From NCBI RefSeq assembly GCF_000026545.1, contig NC_011601.1: a stretch of 64,000 nucleotides of DNA, one strand, 5' to 3'. This DNA is from Escherichia coli O127:H6 str. E2348/69 (GTDB lineage: Bacteria; Pseudomonadota; Gammaproteobacteria; Enterobacterales; Enterobacteriaceae). Each line of letters opens with the position of its first letter. The stretch's first letter is position 1. A program made the position numbers and the translations under genes. The notes beneath the pieces are model-generated. The model was not told the DNA's origin. It worked only from the letters and a program-made list of their open reading frames with translations, and ran no database searches. Below are positions 35,902 through 47,165 of the stretch, one piece after another.

Positions 35902-38376
35902 TTATTGCGGAGTAACATCCTGAGGTCGCCACCAGTATGTCTGGTTAAATTCTTTCTTCGAACGCTGCTCCATCTTACGCAGATAGCCAGGGGAAAAATA
36001 TTCTTGCATCTGATTAAAGATCATATGATCAAGCGCAGCCTTCAGGTACCAGATGTTGGCACCAGGTGTCAGACCTTTTCCAAGCTTAACCAGATCACCA
36101 CCAGTTTGCTCGCTCTTACCTTCTACCGCATTCAGTGGAATACCCTGGCCTATTTTGATAACGTCATCGACCAGGCCAGCCACCGGTCCGAGCATTGAAG
36201 CCAGTGCGCCGCTTCCGTACCGGGTGTGATCAGACAACAGGAAATCACCGTACAGGCCAAGACCGCCGCCTTTCAGCAGAGCACCAAGCCAGAATTTAGC
36301 AGCATCTTCACCGACCATATCCCGCGGATTACGGCCTGATGCCATGTCATTTAGTTGCTGAGAAAGCGCGCCAAGTATTGTCGTGCTGGCTATAAACGTC
36401 GCGATATAAGCAGCCCGCCCACCAGCAGAAGGCATACCCATAGCCCGCGACCAGTGGCGCATCACGACAGAGATCGGGAATGACTTGAACAAGAATACGC
36501 TGCGGGTTAATTCACCTTTCCATGTTCCGCGCTGAATACCTGAACCGGTAACCATCTGCTCACGCGCGCCCGGAGTTATCACAGCCATGTCAACTTCTTC
36601 GGTAACCGCTCCGAGTAACTTACGCATTGCTTCAAACTTCACGCGCTCCGGTGATCCGAGGTGCTCTACAGCAGCATCGGGTATACGCATGATGCTTTCC
36701 GGAGTCAGCATCGTATCGTTGCCTTTCCCCCAGTCCTCCTGTTGCGCCAGTTTCCACACGCTCCAGTCGGTATCGGTGATTCCTTTGCTTTTCAGTATGC
36801 GGAAATCGTCATTAGACAGGCTTTTCAGATCCGGCGTTCTGGTGACAACATCACCAAGACTGCCCATCATAGTGACACCGTAGGCACGCTTGTGCGCGTC
36901 TGACCACGCAGTTAATCCACTGGCGCGCATAACCGCAGTTGCAGCCCACCGGGAGACAGACGGTCCCATATTATCCATCGCCCAGCGGTTAACGCTGCCG
37001 AGCAGTGATTCCATAGCCAAGCCAGCACGACGAGCCCTGGCCAATTCAGTGCGATTCGTTGGGTCCATAGCTTCAAGCTGGTTACGGAATAGCTGATTCA
37101 TCGGAAGGTTGGTAACCTTCGCTGACAGGTACATGGTTCCAAGATCAGAGAACGATGACAACAGAGCAGAACCGAGACGACTGGCAACCATCCAGTTGCG
37201 GATGTTATCCGACCAGCGCGCAATATGCGGGTTTGCAACAGGCTGAGTTTTACCAGAAATAAAGTTATACAGGTTCTCAGTATTGTTTGCCTGGCGCTCT
37301 ATACTACCGGTATCCTGCGGGTTAGCCGTAGCTGTCTCTGATTTCGTCTGATCCAGCAGTGAGCGGAACACATGATCCGGGTTTGGTCCGTAGGTTTCCA
37401 CCAGCGCAATGTCTTTACTGATACCTTCCAGGTGCCCTACCATGATTTCCCAGAGTGACCGGTCGCCGTACATCTGCTGGTACTGAAGGTATGAATCAGC
37501 GTCTTTAAAGTGGATTTGGCGTGAGGCGTTGCCACGGTTTGCCCGCGCACCGGAAATACGCATACCGGTATCAGTGAGTTTATTCAGGCCACCTGTGGCA
37601 ATCGTGTTATAGGCTTCACCGAGAAAAGCTGATAACTCAGTATCATTCATCAACTGGCCGTCGGCGCGTGTGTAATATTTGCGATCGAGTTTACCAATCA
37701 CATCACTTACCCACTTATCCTTCGATACCGCCCCAACCTTTTCCATAGAGTGGTGCTGTGGTATACCCCAGTTTTCCAGATATCCGATATCACCACCAGC
37801 ATCATTAAACCTGCGGCGCAGTAGCTCAGTAACTTCGCCCCAGGCTTTAGCCCCTTTCATGGCTTTCGCATTGCCAGTTTTCTGGCCGCGCATCTCAAAC
37901 ACCAGATCACGGACTCCGGCTTCATCTTCAAACAGACCGAAGAAACGAGGATCAACAGCCTCGAATACCTCCTGTAACTGGCTTAATGCGTAATCACGGG
38001 TCGCTTTCGTGCGTGACTCAACAGACAGAAAGTTTGATTTACCGTCAGCGCTGAAGGCGATCGTGCGGTTGAGTGCGCCTAGCTTTCCGTCAGCACCCTG
38101 ATAACTGTTAATGAAGTTGTCCAGGCGCTGACGCGCTGCGATGGTAAGCGCGACACGGCGTTTTTTCAGTGCCACCTCTCGCTGCAACTCTTCAGCCGCC
38201 AGTTGCCCGGCTCGGCGCAGGCGTTCAGCGTCGTTAAGTTGACGCCATGACATCGGATCGTCACGGGCAATAGATCGCATATTGCGGTAAATGCGGTCTT
38301 CGATATTCTGTATTTCTCGGGCTGTAAGAGTGCGCTGTGCTGCCTGTTGCACGGCCTGAATACATTCCTGTCTCAT
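35902..38376 (-). CDS. Internal virion / ejection protein (T7 gp16-like position)
   Basis: 824-aa ORF in the block of large proteins between tail and tailspike genes. Confidence 0.5.
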   Translation of the reverse strand: MRQECIQAVQQAAQRTLTAREIQNIEDRIYRNMRSIARDDPMSWRQLNDAERLRRAGQLAAEELQREVALKKRRVALTIAARQRLDNFINSYQGADGKLGALNRTIAFSADGKSNFLSVESRTKATRDYALSQLQEVFEAVDPRFFGLFEDEAGVRDLVFEMRGQKTGNAKAMKGAKAWGEVTELLRRRFNDAGGDIGYLENWGIPQHHSMEKVGAVSKDKWVSDVIGKLDRKYYTRADGQLMNDTELSAFLGEAYNTIATGGLNKLTDTGMRISGARANRGNASRQIHFKDADSYLQYQQMYGDRSLWEIMVGHLEGISKDIALVETYGPNPDHVFRSLLDQTKSETATANPQDTGSIERQANNTENLYNFISGKTQPVANPHIARWSDNIRNWMVASRLGSALLSSFSDLGTMYLSAKVTNLPMNQLFRNQLEAMDPTNRTELARARRAGLAMESLLGSVNRWAMDNMGPSVSRWAATAVMRASGLTAWSDAHKRAYGVTMMGSLGDVVTRTPDLKSLSNDDFRILKSKGITDTDWSVWKLAQQEDWGKGNDTMLTPESIMRIPDAAVEHLGSPERVKFEAMRKLLGAVTEEVDMAVITPGAREQMVTGSGIQRGTWKGELTRSVFLFKSFPISVVMRHWSRAMGMPSAGGRAAYIATFIASTTILGALSQQLNDMASGRNPRDMVGEDAAKFWLGALLKGGGLGLYGDFLLSDHTRYGSGALASMLGPVAGLVDDVIKIGQGIPLNAVEGKSEQTGGDLVKLGKGLTPGANIWYLKAALDHMIFNQMQEYFSPGYLRKMEQRSKKEFNQTYWWRPQDVTPQ

Positions 38377-38380
38377 TCAA

Positions 38381-40183
38381 TTATCCTCTCAAGAAACACG
38401 CTACAGCCACGTCAAAAAGGCTGGAATCCTGTACTGCCTGCTCATTCTCTCTGCTCACTTCGTCCAGCACTTCCCGAGCGCTGCGCGACTGTGGGTTTCC
38501 GTCATCATCGAGAATGGTGATCATCATGTCAGGTGACTCAACAAGCGAGTCTTCAGCGATACGCAGATCCATATCTCCGGCCTGTTCAGCCGTTGGCCTT
38601 TGCTCTGCATGTCGCAATACAGCACCAGGTTCAAAAGGTGCAGCCTCGTCAGGAGTCCGCACTTCTGCTGTTTTATAGAATGACATGGCCTGTGCGTTAA
38701 GATCGCTTTCTGCCTGCTGGCGTCTGGCTAATTCAGCCCGCGCTTCAAAGTTAACCCCTCCCTCAACATTCGCCGCCAGATTATCCTTTGCCGTCTGTAG
38801 TCTGACCGACTCGTCATTGATACGCTGGTCAATATCACGCAGCCTTTCCTGACGCGCTGCACGTGAACGTGATAATTCACGTCCGCTGCCTGAAGGTTGT
38901 TCGTTCAGGACTCCTGAGCGTTCCTGGTTGAGTGTTTCAATGGATCTCTCGATGCCAGCGATATCAGTCTGCAACTGATTAACCTGCTCAACGTCTAAAG
39001 CCTGAGCCGCTTGCTGTTCCAGCGCTCTGGTATCAACAGCTATCTGAGTGCTTCCTTCTTCAGAGCGATACAGGGTTTCATCTATGGCCTGAGAAATAAG
39101 GTTTCTCCTCCCAGGAATATCGCTAAATGATGCTGGTTCGGCAATGCTGGCCACATCAACTGCACGACCCTGGCTTACATCGTTCATTGCTTTCTGTAGC
39201 GCCTGTATATGCGCATCACGTGACAGAACATTAACCGGAACACCAGGAGCAACATCGATCTCAGCGTGATGTGAGGCATTTGCTGCCAGCGCTGCATCCA
39301 CCTCCGCTGGGGAAAATTCAGGAGTTGCAGCGCTCTCACCGCGGGCGTTCAGGAACCTACCTACACCACCAAATGCCACACCAAGAACCGCATCGATGGC
39401 GATAGACTGGCGATCAAACACATCGTACTGAGCCGCCATTTCGTTATAACCACCATCACGCAGCGTCTTTGCAGTCAGCCCACGCTGGGCCATCCCAAAG
39501 GCAATGTTAGTTCCGGCTGCGTATGCGATATCTGGAGCAGCGCGAACAGCAGTAGCTGCAACATTACGCACAGCACTTTCACCTGTCCTCGCTAGTTGTG
39601 CGCCAACACTTTCTGCCAGCGCACCACCAGCGCGCAGACCGAGGCTCATAGGGATCAATGTACCAGCGCCAGCAGTGACACCCTGCACCAGACCAGCTTC
39701 CTGAGCGGTCCTGAAATCTACGCCCTGAGCAGTCAATTTCTCAAACTCAGAGAAGCCCTGCAGTGCAGTGACGGCAGCAGCACCACCGGCTGGACCGGCC
39801 AGCAGCGTACCAACGACAGCCTGCCCGCCCATATCGAACAGACCATTCAGTACCTGACCAGCAGTTCCTGTTGTGGCGGCGTCAGGAGTCAGGCGCTTAA
39901 CTTGCTGCTCTGCGAGTTTTCGCTGTTCGCCGATGTATTCAGCCGATGTATCATTGATGGAAGTGTTTTCGTTAACAAACTTAGCGATGGGTGAAACGAT
40001 CTTATCCATTCCAGCCCAAAGAAGCTGGTCTGGTTTGGCAACCAGTCCAGAGTAAAGGCCCGAAACAGCAGCAGTACCTGAGTTATCGAAGAAACCGACA
40101 TCGGTATTAAACCCTGCTGGGTTAGATGCCGCTTCATCCAGTTGCTGATTCTGGTTAACTGCGTTGAGACCAAAGTAACTCAT
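38381..40183 (-). CDS. Internal virion / ejection protein
   Basis: 600-aa ORF, Ala/Gly-rich; gene-order analogy. Confidence 0.5.
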   Translation of the reverse strand: MSYFGLNAVNQNQQLDEAASNPAGFNTDVGFFDNSGTAAVSGLYSGLVAKPDQLLWAGMDKIVSPIAKFVNENTSINDTSAEYIGEQRKLAEQQVKRLTPDAATTGTAGQVLNGLFDMGGQAVVGTLLAGPAGGAAAVTALQGFSEFEKLTAQGVDFRTAQEAGLVQGVTAGAGTLIPMSLGLRAGGALAESVGAQLARTGESAVRNVAATAVRAAPDIAYAAGTNIAFGMAQRGLTAKTLRDGGYNEMAAQYDVFDRQSIAIDAVLGVAFGGVGRFLNARGESAATPEFSPAEVDAALAANASHHAEIDVAPGVPVNVLSRDAHIQALQKAMNDVSQGRAVDVASIAEPASFSDIPGRRNLISQAIDETLYRSEEGSTQIAVDTRALEQQAAQALDVEQVNQLQTDIAGIERSIETLNQERSGVLNEQPSGSGRELSRSRAARQERLRDIDQRINDESVRLQTAKDNLAANVEGGVNFEARAELARRQQAESDLNAQAMSFYKTAEVRTPDEAAPFEPGAVLRHAEQRPTAEQAGDMDLRIAEDSLVESPDMMITILDDDGNPQSRSAREVLDEVSRENEQAVQDSSLFDVAVACFLRG

Positions 40184-42690
40184 TGCGGGATCCCCTCTGA
40201 GAATCTCTGGCGCTGTTGGGTAAGGTCGATGACGACAGGAGTTCCATCATCTTTCAGCAAATACCCAGTGCCGAGTTTCACCAGATACTGGCTATCTCCA
40301 TAGCTTTGCAGACCGTACTGGCCTGGCGGTGCTTTAATTCCTGCGCCAGTCACCTGAGTTTTCCATGCCTGATCAACTTGTTTATCAAATTGTTCGGCAG
40401 ACATCCCCCAAGGCAAAAGAACACTTCCCATGCCGTTATAATCGTGCACGCCACCAGTAGCTACGTTAACAGCCTGCTTCCATGTGTCACTGTCAACTTC
40501 ACCCGAAACCACACCCTTCTTCGCCATCACCCCAGCGTAATAGTCCTTTGCTATCTCATAGGCCATTGATGCACCCTGCGCGTCACCGGCAAACGCATCC
40601 TTCACCATGTCAGAAAACTCTAGTCGCAGATCGTTATCCTTCGGCATTGGTATGCCCTTAGCATCATCAGTTCCTTTACGAGCCGCGGCACCGGACAGGA
40701 TGGTTTGCGCTGCTGTTTCTGGTGATACAGAAACATCAGGGTTAAACCAGTTTTTCTCAGCTACCACTCCTCCTGGCTTATCCATCAGGATCCCAGCTAC
40801 TGCTGCTGATGGCGCATTGGTGCTTATCTGCTGAAGCGCTGACATATATACCTGACCGCCCCCGGTGCTCTGCCGAATGGTGTCGAGATATGCAGTCTGC
40901 TGAGAAACTGGTGCATCGCGGAAGAAAGCCCCGATCTGATTCGCCTCTTCTTTGGAAAAGAACGTCAGCGGCGTACCGTATGACTTAGCCAGATCTACAG
41001 CCTGAGAAGCCCGAAGGGAAATCGTCTGGCCGAAATTGTTCTGGTTGGTCATATCAATAGGCTTTGTTTGACCGGAAGAAAGTGAAAACTGAATTGGGTC
41101 TGCTTTACGTTGCGCAAGAACAGTACTGGCAGCAGAGACAACGGCGTCATAGGTTTGGGCGCGCGCTGCATATCCTTCGCCAGTTTCACCAGTATCTGGC
41201 TTCAGATTTTCTACTGCTGCCTGAATGCTGCTGGTCGGCATGTTGCGAAACGATCCTATGTACTGCCCTGCGATCTGCGTGTTGCGAAACTCGGTATAGC
41301 GTAGATTTCCCTCCCGCACGCCGTAGGCGGCGAGGAAGTCGTTCTGCGTAGGCGCGTTCGGGAAATCAACTCCGCGCATGTATGCCGCGCTGGCATCGCG
41401 TACGCGGCTGTCGATATTGGTGCGGTATTCAGCCTGCTGCTGTTTACGGATCTGGTCAGCCTGGCGAAGGAATGTCGCCTGGGCCTCCGGAGATGCTGCA
41501 TCGAATGCCGCATTGCCGGTATAGCGCTTTGTGCTGGTTGGAAGTTGAGAGAGGCCAATTGCCGCGCTAACACCGGTAGCAAGTTGCTGATCGCTGTACG
41601 GCTGACTGCCGTTCTCATGTTGGATAATGGAGGCACACAAAGCCTTTAGCGTATCAGGGTTTGAGGCATCAAGCGGCTGGTCAGGCGTCACACCGAGTTG
41701 AGCACATACTGCCTGAATATAGGCGTCAGTGTTGTTATTGTCAGACGGCGGTGCCCAGCGATTAATGATGTCGTTTACAGTATCAATACCCTGTCTCTGG
41801 TATGACAGCAGGTTGCGTCCAAGCGCCCGAATGCCGTGTTCTGGCGTTTCGAATTTTGCAAATCGACCATCATCACCGGTCTGGCCCACCCACGGATTGG
41901 TTTTGCTGTATTCGAGGTTTCCTGGGTTGTTGTTGCGAATGCCACGGGCGCTATCACCAGAACCACCTTCTGATACTGCACGGCGGGAACCAGTAACTGT
42001 ATCGCTTAACTCGCCATTGCTCTGGATGAACTCGATCGAATTATTTGCCGACCACTGAGAAAGGGAAGCATCGGCGACCTTCTCTTTGAACTCAATCTTT
42101 TTGGCCTGAATCTGTTCAGAACTCCAGCCATGAGCGGAGCCATAATCTTCGATCTGCTGGAAAGTCTGCTGGTTGTAGAGAACATAATTGGCATTATCAC
42201 CATAGGCGGCAGCAGCCAGTTTTCCGTTGTTCGCCAGAGTCGCCTGGAACTGACCTTCTTCATAGGCATTGAGTTGGCTTATCTCATGCCTGCCAGCCTG
42301 GGTGGTGAACTGAATGCGCTGCTGCTGAGCCTGCTGTATAAATCCAGCCCGGGCACCTTCCGGCAATGTCATCGCGATCTGCTCTGCCTGAGCATCGAAT
42401 TGCTGGGTATAAACCTGCCCCTTGCCAAGAGCGTTCTTACCCTGCATGTTTAGAAGCCCGGTATCCGGGTTGGTTAGCAGATCACTGGAAATCTGGCTGA
42501 GTTGCAATGATGCATCCTGAGCCTGAGCAACATCCGCGCGCTGTTTTGCCTGAGCAAAAACATCAAGTGCTTTACCACCAACCTGCGTCAGGGCATCTCC
42601 GATATTTGGCTGATCGAATGCCTGAAAACCAGGAGACTGAAACCCTCTGCTTTCGACCTGACGACCGGTGACTGTTGGTACTGTTGGCAT
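40180..42690 (-). CDS. Internal virion protein (T7 gp15-like position)
   Basis: 836-aa ORF; gene-order analogy. Confidence 0.5.
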   Translation of the reverse strand: MPTVPTVTGRQVESRGFQSPGFQAFDQPNIGDALTQVGGKALDVFAQAKQRADVAQAQDASLQLSQISSDLLTNPDTGLLNMQGKNALGKGQVYTQQFDAQAEQIAMTLPEGARAGFIQQAQQQRIQFTTQAGRHEISQLNAYEEGQFQATLANNGKLAAAAYGDNANYVLYNQQTFQQIEDYGSAHGWSSEQIQAKKIEFKEKVADASLSQWSANNSIEFIQSNGELSDTVTGSRRAVSEGGSGDSARGIRNNNPGNLEYSKTNPWVGQTGDDGRFAKFETPEHGIRALGRNLLSYQRQGIDTVNDIINRWAPPSDNNNTDAYIQAVCAQLGVTPDQPLDASNPDTLKALCASIIQHENGSQPYSDQQLATGVSAAIGLSQLPTSTKRYTGNAAFDAASPEAQATFLRQADQIRKQQQAEYRTNIDSRVRDASAAYMRGVDFPNAPTQNDFLAAYGVREGNLRYTEFRNTQIAGQYIGSFRNMPTSSIQAAVENLKPDTGETGEGYAARAQTYDAVVSAASTVLAQRKADPIQFSLSSGQTKPIDMTNQNNFGQTISLRASQAVDLAKSYGTPLTFFSKEEANQIGAFFRDAPVSQQTAYLDTIRQSTGGGQVYMSALQQISTNAPSAAVAGILMDKPGGVVAEKNWFNPDVSVSPETAAQTILSGAAARKGTDDAKGIPMPKDNDLRLEFSDMVKDAFAGDAQGASMAYEIAKDYYAGVMAKKGVVSGEVDSDTWKQAVNVATGGVHDYNGMGSVLLPWGMSAEQFDKQVDQAWKTQVTGAGIKAPPGQYGLQSYGDSQYLVKLGTGYLLKDDGTPVVIDLTQQRQRFSEGIPQ

Positions 42691-42702
42691 TTCTATGTCT
42701 CC

Positions 42703-43245
42703 TTATCGACCGGTTGGTGTGCCGATGGCAGCGCTGATCGGTGCCGCTTTGCTTTGAGTGAATGGTGACCACGTTCCGCCGCCCATCTGGTAAGCGCCGT
42801 ATGCCTGAAGTGGAGCAGTCAGCAGTGTGGTAAATGCGCCCATATTCCCCTGCTTGCGTGCTGAGCTGGCCTGAGCTTTGTAGTTTTCAGCCTGAACCTG
42901 AAAGCCATATGCTTCACGCTGAGCGTTATTAACCGTAGTCAGCGCATCAAGCGCGCCAAACTGAGCTGTATCGCCAAAGATATCAAGCGCTCCACCAGTG
43001 GAAAGATCTGCGCCAGTTGCGCCCATGGTTGCCGCCTGGGTGCCAGCAGCCTGGCGGTTACGACGACGAACCTCATCAGCCTGAGCATTACCACGGTTGA
43101 TAGAATCCTGTGCCTGTGCCGTGGCCACTTCTGCATTTTGCTCGGCTACAGCAGACGAATACTTACCTTGCTGGTACTGGTTGTATGCTGAAACGCCACT
43201 TAATGCGACACTGGCGCCAGCGAGAGCGATAGCCGGGCTGCACAT
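42703..43245 (-). CDS. Internal virion protein (T7 gp14-like position)
   Basis: 180-aa ORF; gene-order analogy. Confidence 0.45.
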   Translation of the reverse strand: MCSPAIALAGASVALSGVSAYNQYQQGKYSSAVAEQNAEVATAQAQDSINRGNAQADEVRRRNRQAAGTQAATMGATGADLSTGGALDIFGDTAQFGALDALTTVNNAQREAYGFQVQAENYKAQASSARKQGNMGAFTTLLTAPLQAYGAYQMGGGTWSPFTQSKAAPISAAIGTPTGR

Positions 43246-43709
43246 TATTTTCTCTCCATGTGGAAACGGTGAAACGGTAGGTTTTTAATGCCGTATGGCT
43301 GAGGTTCATCGATGGTGAATCCCAGCCAGTGAAGCCAGATGCGCGCTGTGTGGTTGCGTGCATCAACATAATTTTCAAGATACGGGTAAACAGTCAGCAT
43401 TGCATTGACCACTTTTCCGCACCGACGCAGGAAAGTACGCTGGTATTTCTCCAGCGCGTCAGTGCCCACCAGCCATGGGATACCACTGCCGCCGATCATC
43501 GATGCCGGTGCTACGCCAAAGACAGTCACTACTTCACCGTTAATCAATCCGGCACAGCAAAATGTTGACGTGCGTAGACCGGTCTCCAGCACGCGGCGCG
43601 GACTCCAACCGTTGGTTGCCAGAAACTCATCGATATCAGCCTGGCGAACAAGCGGAATAATGGCTTCGATATGCTCTGCTGTAGCGGGTACGATCTGAGC
43701 TTTAATCAT
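43245..43709 (-). CDS. Internal virion protein (T7 gp13-like position)
   Basis: 154-aa ORF; gene-order analogy. Confidence 0.45.
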   Translation of the reverse strand: MIKAQIVPATAEHIEAIIPLVRQADIDEFLATNGWSPRRVLETGLRTSTFCCAGLINGEVVTVFGVAPASMIGGSGIPWLVGTDALEKYQRTFLRRCGKVVNAMLTVYPYLENYVDARNHTARIWLHWLGFTIDEPQPYGIKNLPFHRFHMERK

Positions 43710-46186
43710 CAGAAGCCTCCGACGGTGAGGCGAGGCAATACAGCAAGAACAGAAAGCGGGAGTGGGTCAAGCTGGCGAACCTTAACGCGTCCGTTTTTAT
43801 CCCAGTTGCTGTCGAGTTTCACTTCAACCTTGCCTGTAGCATCATCAACAGGATCGTCGTAGAACTCAAATTCACGCTGCGGATATTCATACCAGGTTCC
43901 GCCAGGAGTTGTTGCCCAGATTCCACGGCTTGCGTTGACCACCATCGTGACAGTAGGAATGACCTGCTTTTTATCCAGCAGTGTTTCCTGCCCGTTGATG
44001 TTGATATCCAGTGTTTCGAATTCAGCGGTGATAGGCAATCCAATATGCACAACTGCACCTGGTGACTCCAGCGTGACTGAGCCACCAGTGACAACCTTCT
44101 GAGGCTCAACGCTCGCGTCTGAAAGAATGTTGACTGTCTGGCCTTCGAGATGCGACAGTCCGCTGAATGTCTGGCGCGCCATTTGCCAGTTAGTTGTGGC
44201 CACATTGCGAAGCGCAGGTGGCACGTTTCGATTGAATCGGACGGTAACCGCGGTATTGCTGGTTACAGAGATGATATCGCCTCGCAGCTCTTTAGCCACC
44301 GGTTCGTTGGTGTCTGGATCTGTTCCGGTATATGGGAACTGAATCTGAGCGCCTACATCAGTATTAACGAAATACGCACCACCGCTTACTGTAACCGGGT
44401 AATCAACCTGATAGTTCCAGTCACCGGTGCCTCCACTGATGGTCATTGTGCGTGATGATGTATTGCGCCCGTCGTAGCTCAGTCCGCAGTCTACAAAGAA
44501 TGCGTCTTCATCATTGGTGAACAGGCGACTGGAAAGGCGTTCGATGTAACGTACGGTCTGCCCATTGATATTACGGTTAACCACGAAGTAAACAGCATCC
44601 TCGCTGCCTTCACTGATTGAGCATGTGCTTTCGTACTTCCCGGAGCTGGATTGTGGTGCCCATGCGAAAACCTGCTGATCGCGCAGATAGGTGAGCACCA
44701 GCAACTTGCCGTCATCCCGAATGCAGAAAGCGCTGCTGTACGGCACAATGCAGAATGACCAGTCGACAATGCTATGCTTCTGGAACAGGTGGTTTGCCAG
44801 TATGGTCAGGTCAGTTCCCTGATATCCGTCAACGTCGAAAGAGTAGGCCAGATCGCGCACAACGCTGCCTTTCTCCTGGATGAACAACGCGATATTGGCC
44901 ACGGCGATAGGTGGTACGTTACTTGATCCGTTATTCCCCTGAGAGCTGAACGAGAACGCCGATGGCGTGAGGACCTTATTCTGGTCCCCGGATATCGTAT
45001 ATTCCCCGCCAGATGTCAGAGCGACCAGGTTACCAACATCAATAAGGTGACGGATCTCATTCACCTGACGCCCTGCGTAGGTGTAGATGATGCGATCGTC
45101 ATCCTGAATAGGGTTGTTCTTACCGAAGTCTTTATAGTCTCCGGTGCGGCTTGCCCAGATGGTTTGTGGATATGCGGTAGACGCGGCAAAGTACAGGCGC
45201 TGCTGGTAGTAAACAACGGTACTAGGGTAGCCGTTAACGCTGTTCCACGCATATTTCGCCCACTTATAACTGGCGTTAGCGGATCCAACAACCTGAGATG
45301 GAATGAACGAAACCACATCGGCAGTTGCTGTGAGGCCATCGCCAGACACTGCTGTTATTTTTGCAATGCCGAAACCGCTGTGCAGGTACTCCCACTGGAT
45401 CCCGGTATCATCTGATCCGGTACCGCCCCATCCATCCCAAGACATACCTTCAGTGTGAGACGGGCGAAGGGTCCCGGTCTTACCTGCAGTATTCGCGCGG
45501 TAGTAGTTGCTGTCTGCACGACGAACGTCGTTTATTGCTGTGGTTTTACTGGTTTCCCATACTGGGACGGAATCAACCGCGGGCTGCTCGAGATAGAACA
45601 GTTTTCCTACCTGTTCAGCACCGAAGATTGCAGAACTGGCCGTTAGTGTAATTGTTCCGGTGCTGGCGCTGGCGTAGACCTTCACAGTATCGTCAACGTT
45701 GATATCTTCGAACGGCCCGTTTTTGGTGGTGACATCGACGATCTGCCAGTTGTCGTGCGCATAGCGGCGCAGTTCTTTCGGAGGGTATGCGGGATGCACC
45801 AGCGTCAGAACGTCGGCGCTCTGCGTGAATTTAATACGGAAAAGGTCAGTGTCAGCATACGGCATCGCCAGCTCATAAATCACATTGCTGGTCGTCAGAA
45901 CATACTCGCCGTCTTTGATAACGCGCATATAGTTGTGCCCGAACTCCAGAGCATAGGTCTGTACGGTCGAGAACTGGAACGGGATTAACCGGCACTTGCG
46001 ATCAGGGTATTTAGCAGGACCAACAAAGCGCGTACCTGGCCTGTTCTCTACACCGCCATATTGGCGAACAATGAAGTTATCGCACTTGCGCAGTGCCACC
46101 TGATACTTTGACATATCAATGCGGCCATACAGTGACGGACCAATTTCACCACCGGCAAAGCTCGGTTGAATCCAGCTAAAAGCCAT
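43709..46186 (-). CDS. Tail tubular protein B-like (nozzle)
   Basis: 825-aa ORF directly downstream of the gp11-like gene. Confidence 0.45.
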   Translation of the reverse strand: MAFSWIQPSFAGGEIGPSLYGRIDMSKYQVALRKCDNFIVRQYGGVENRPGTRFVGPAKYPDRKCRLIPFQFSTVQTYALEFGHNYMRVIKDGEYVLTTSNVIYELAMPYADTDLFRIKFTQSADVLTLVHPAYPPKELRRYAHDNWQIVDVTTKNGPFEDINVDDTVKVYASASTGTITLTASSAIFGAEQVGKLFYLEQPAVDSVPVWETSKTTAINDVRRADSNYYRANTAGKTGTLRPSHTEGMSWDGWGGTGSDDTGIQWEYLHSGFGIAKITAVSGDGLTATADVVSFIPSQVVGSANASYKWAKYAWNSVNGYPSTVVYYQQRLYFAASTAYPQTIWASRTGDYKDFGKNNPIQDDDRIIYTYAGRQVNEIRHLIDVGNLVALTSGGEYTISGDQNKVLTPSAFSFSSQGNNGSSNVPPIAVANIALFIQEKGSVVRDLAYSFDVDGYQGTDLTILANHLFQKHSIVDWSFCIVPYSSAFCIRDDGKLLVLTYLRDQQVFAWAPQSSSGKYESTCSISEGSEDAVYFVVNRNINGQTVRYIERLSSRLFTNDEDAFFVDCGLSYDGRNTSSRTMTISGGTGDWNYQVDYPVTVSGGAYFVNTDVGAQIQFPYTGTDPDTNEPVAKELRGDIISVTSNTAVTVRFNRNVPPALRNVATTNWQMARQTFSGLSHLEGQTVNILSDASVEPQKVVTGGSVTLESPGAVVHIGLPITAEFETLDININGQETLLDKKQVIPTVTMVVNASRGIWATTPGGTWYEYPQREFEFYDDPVDDATGKVEVKLDSNWDKNGRVKVRQLDPLPLSVLAVLPRLTVGGF

Positions 46187-46791
46187 TATGACAACCTCGC
46201 TGCTGTGAACTCATCTACCGGCGGTTGTGGCTCCTGTGATTCGTTCTGGCTATGTGAGCCAGCGCTCAGGATCACACGGTTGTACATCGTCAGTGCATTG
46301 TTACCGAGATCTGCGCTACCGGTCAGCGCCATATTAATTGCAGCAGCCAGACGCCAGGAAAGCGCCTCCATAAAAATGGCATCATACATATTGACGTCAG
46401 TAACCCGCGCCACGTACTTCAACCACGCTTTCGGCTGATCGGTGTAAATGAGCTTACCTGTCAGTTCCTCATTGGAACCGACAACATATTCAATGCGCTG
46501 CGCAGCGGTAGGATTACGTATGCCGGTCGGCATGATCTCAGTTATACGGACGCAATCAGATGGGTACTGGTAAGCGTACTGCCAGTCAGGAGGCGGGTTA
46601 TTGGTATCAGCCAGCGCCACGCGTTTGGTAGCAAAGTTCCAGTCGAAGTCAGCCAGAGCAGCATCACGACATGCATCAAAATGCAGGGAGCACTGCCCGG
46701 CCTCTTTGCTGGCTTCATTCAGGCTGTTAATGCTACGACTGTTGCCGATATTGCTCAGCGCGCGGTTGCAGATCTCGATAACAGAAGCCAT
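46186..46791 (-). CDS. Tail tubular protein A-like (adaptor)
   Basis: 201-aa ORF; N-terminal ICNRALSNIGNSRSINSLNE resembles T7 gp11 INDILASIGEPPVSTLEG. Confidence 0.45.
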   Translation of the reverse strand: MASVIEICNRALSNIGNSRSINSLNEASKEAGQCSLHFDACRDAALADFDWNFATKRVALADTNNPPPDWQYAYQYPSDCVRITEIMPTGIRNPTAAQRIEYVVGSNEELTGKLIYTDQPKAWLKYVARVTDVNMYDAIFMEALSWRLAAAINMALTGSADLGNNALTMYNRVILSAGSHSQNESQEPQPPVDEFTAARLS

Positions 46792-47129
46792 TAATCATCC
46801 TCCCCACCGTAGAGAGTTTGCGCTGCTGACTTCGGTTGCTCGCCTGATACTGGACTGAGCGCCATATCAGTGATCTGCAGACTGGCGTTATGCTGCATTC
46901 CACCTTCCGCTTCGCGGGTAGAAGTTGAGCGAATAGTTGCCTTTGCGGTGATCATTACTTCAGTGCCAGCAGATTGAGGTGCTGCCTTTAGCTTGGCTAA
47001 CGTCTCGTTGTTCAATTCAATGCAAAGGCCCCACGGATAATCATCACGAGTCTGGGTTTTACCCTCCTCATCCTGATAGGTGTCGGTGCCGGTTTTGAGG
47101 TTTACCAGATCCATAACGGACTCCTGCAA
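46791..47129 (-). CDS. Hypothetical virion-module protein
   Basis: 112-aa ORF with start/stop coupling to its neighbour. Confidence 0.5.
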   Translation of the reverse strand: MQESVMDLVNLKTGTDTYQDEEGKTQTRDDYPWGLCIELNNETLAKLKAAPQSAGTEVMITAKATIRSTSTREAEGGMQHNASLQITDMALSPVSGEQPKSAAQTLYGGEDD

Positions 47130-47165
47130 TAAAGGGGCCGAAGCCCCTTGTTTGATTAGCGAGGC

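Noticed and set aside
35701-36198. 165-aa plus-strand ORF overlapping the end of the 824-aa internal virion gene
   Set aside because: It overlaps a strongly supported minus-strand gene and runs through the terminator; the 46-aa minus-strand ORF with a ribosome-binding site explains the region better.
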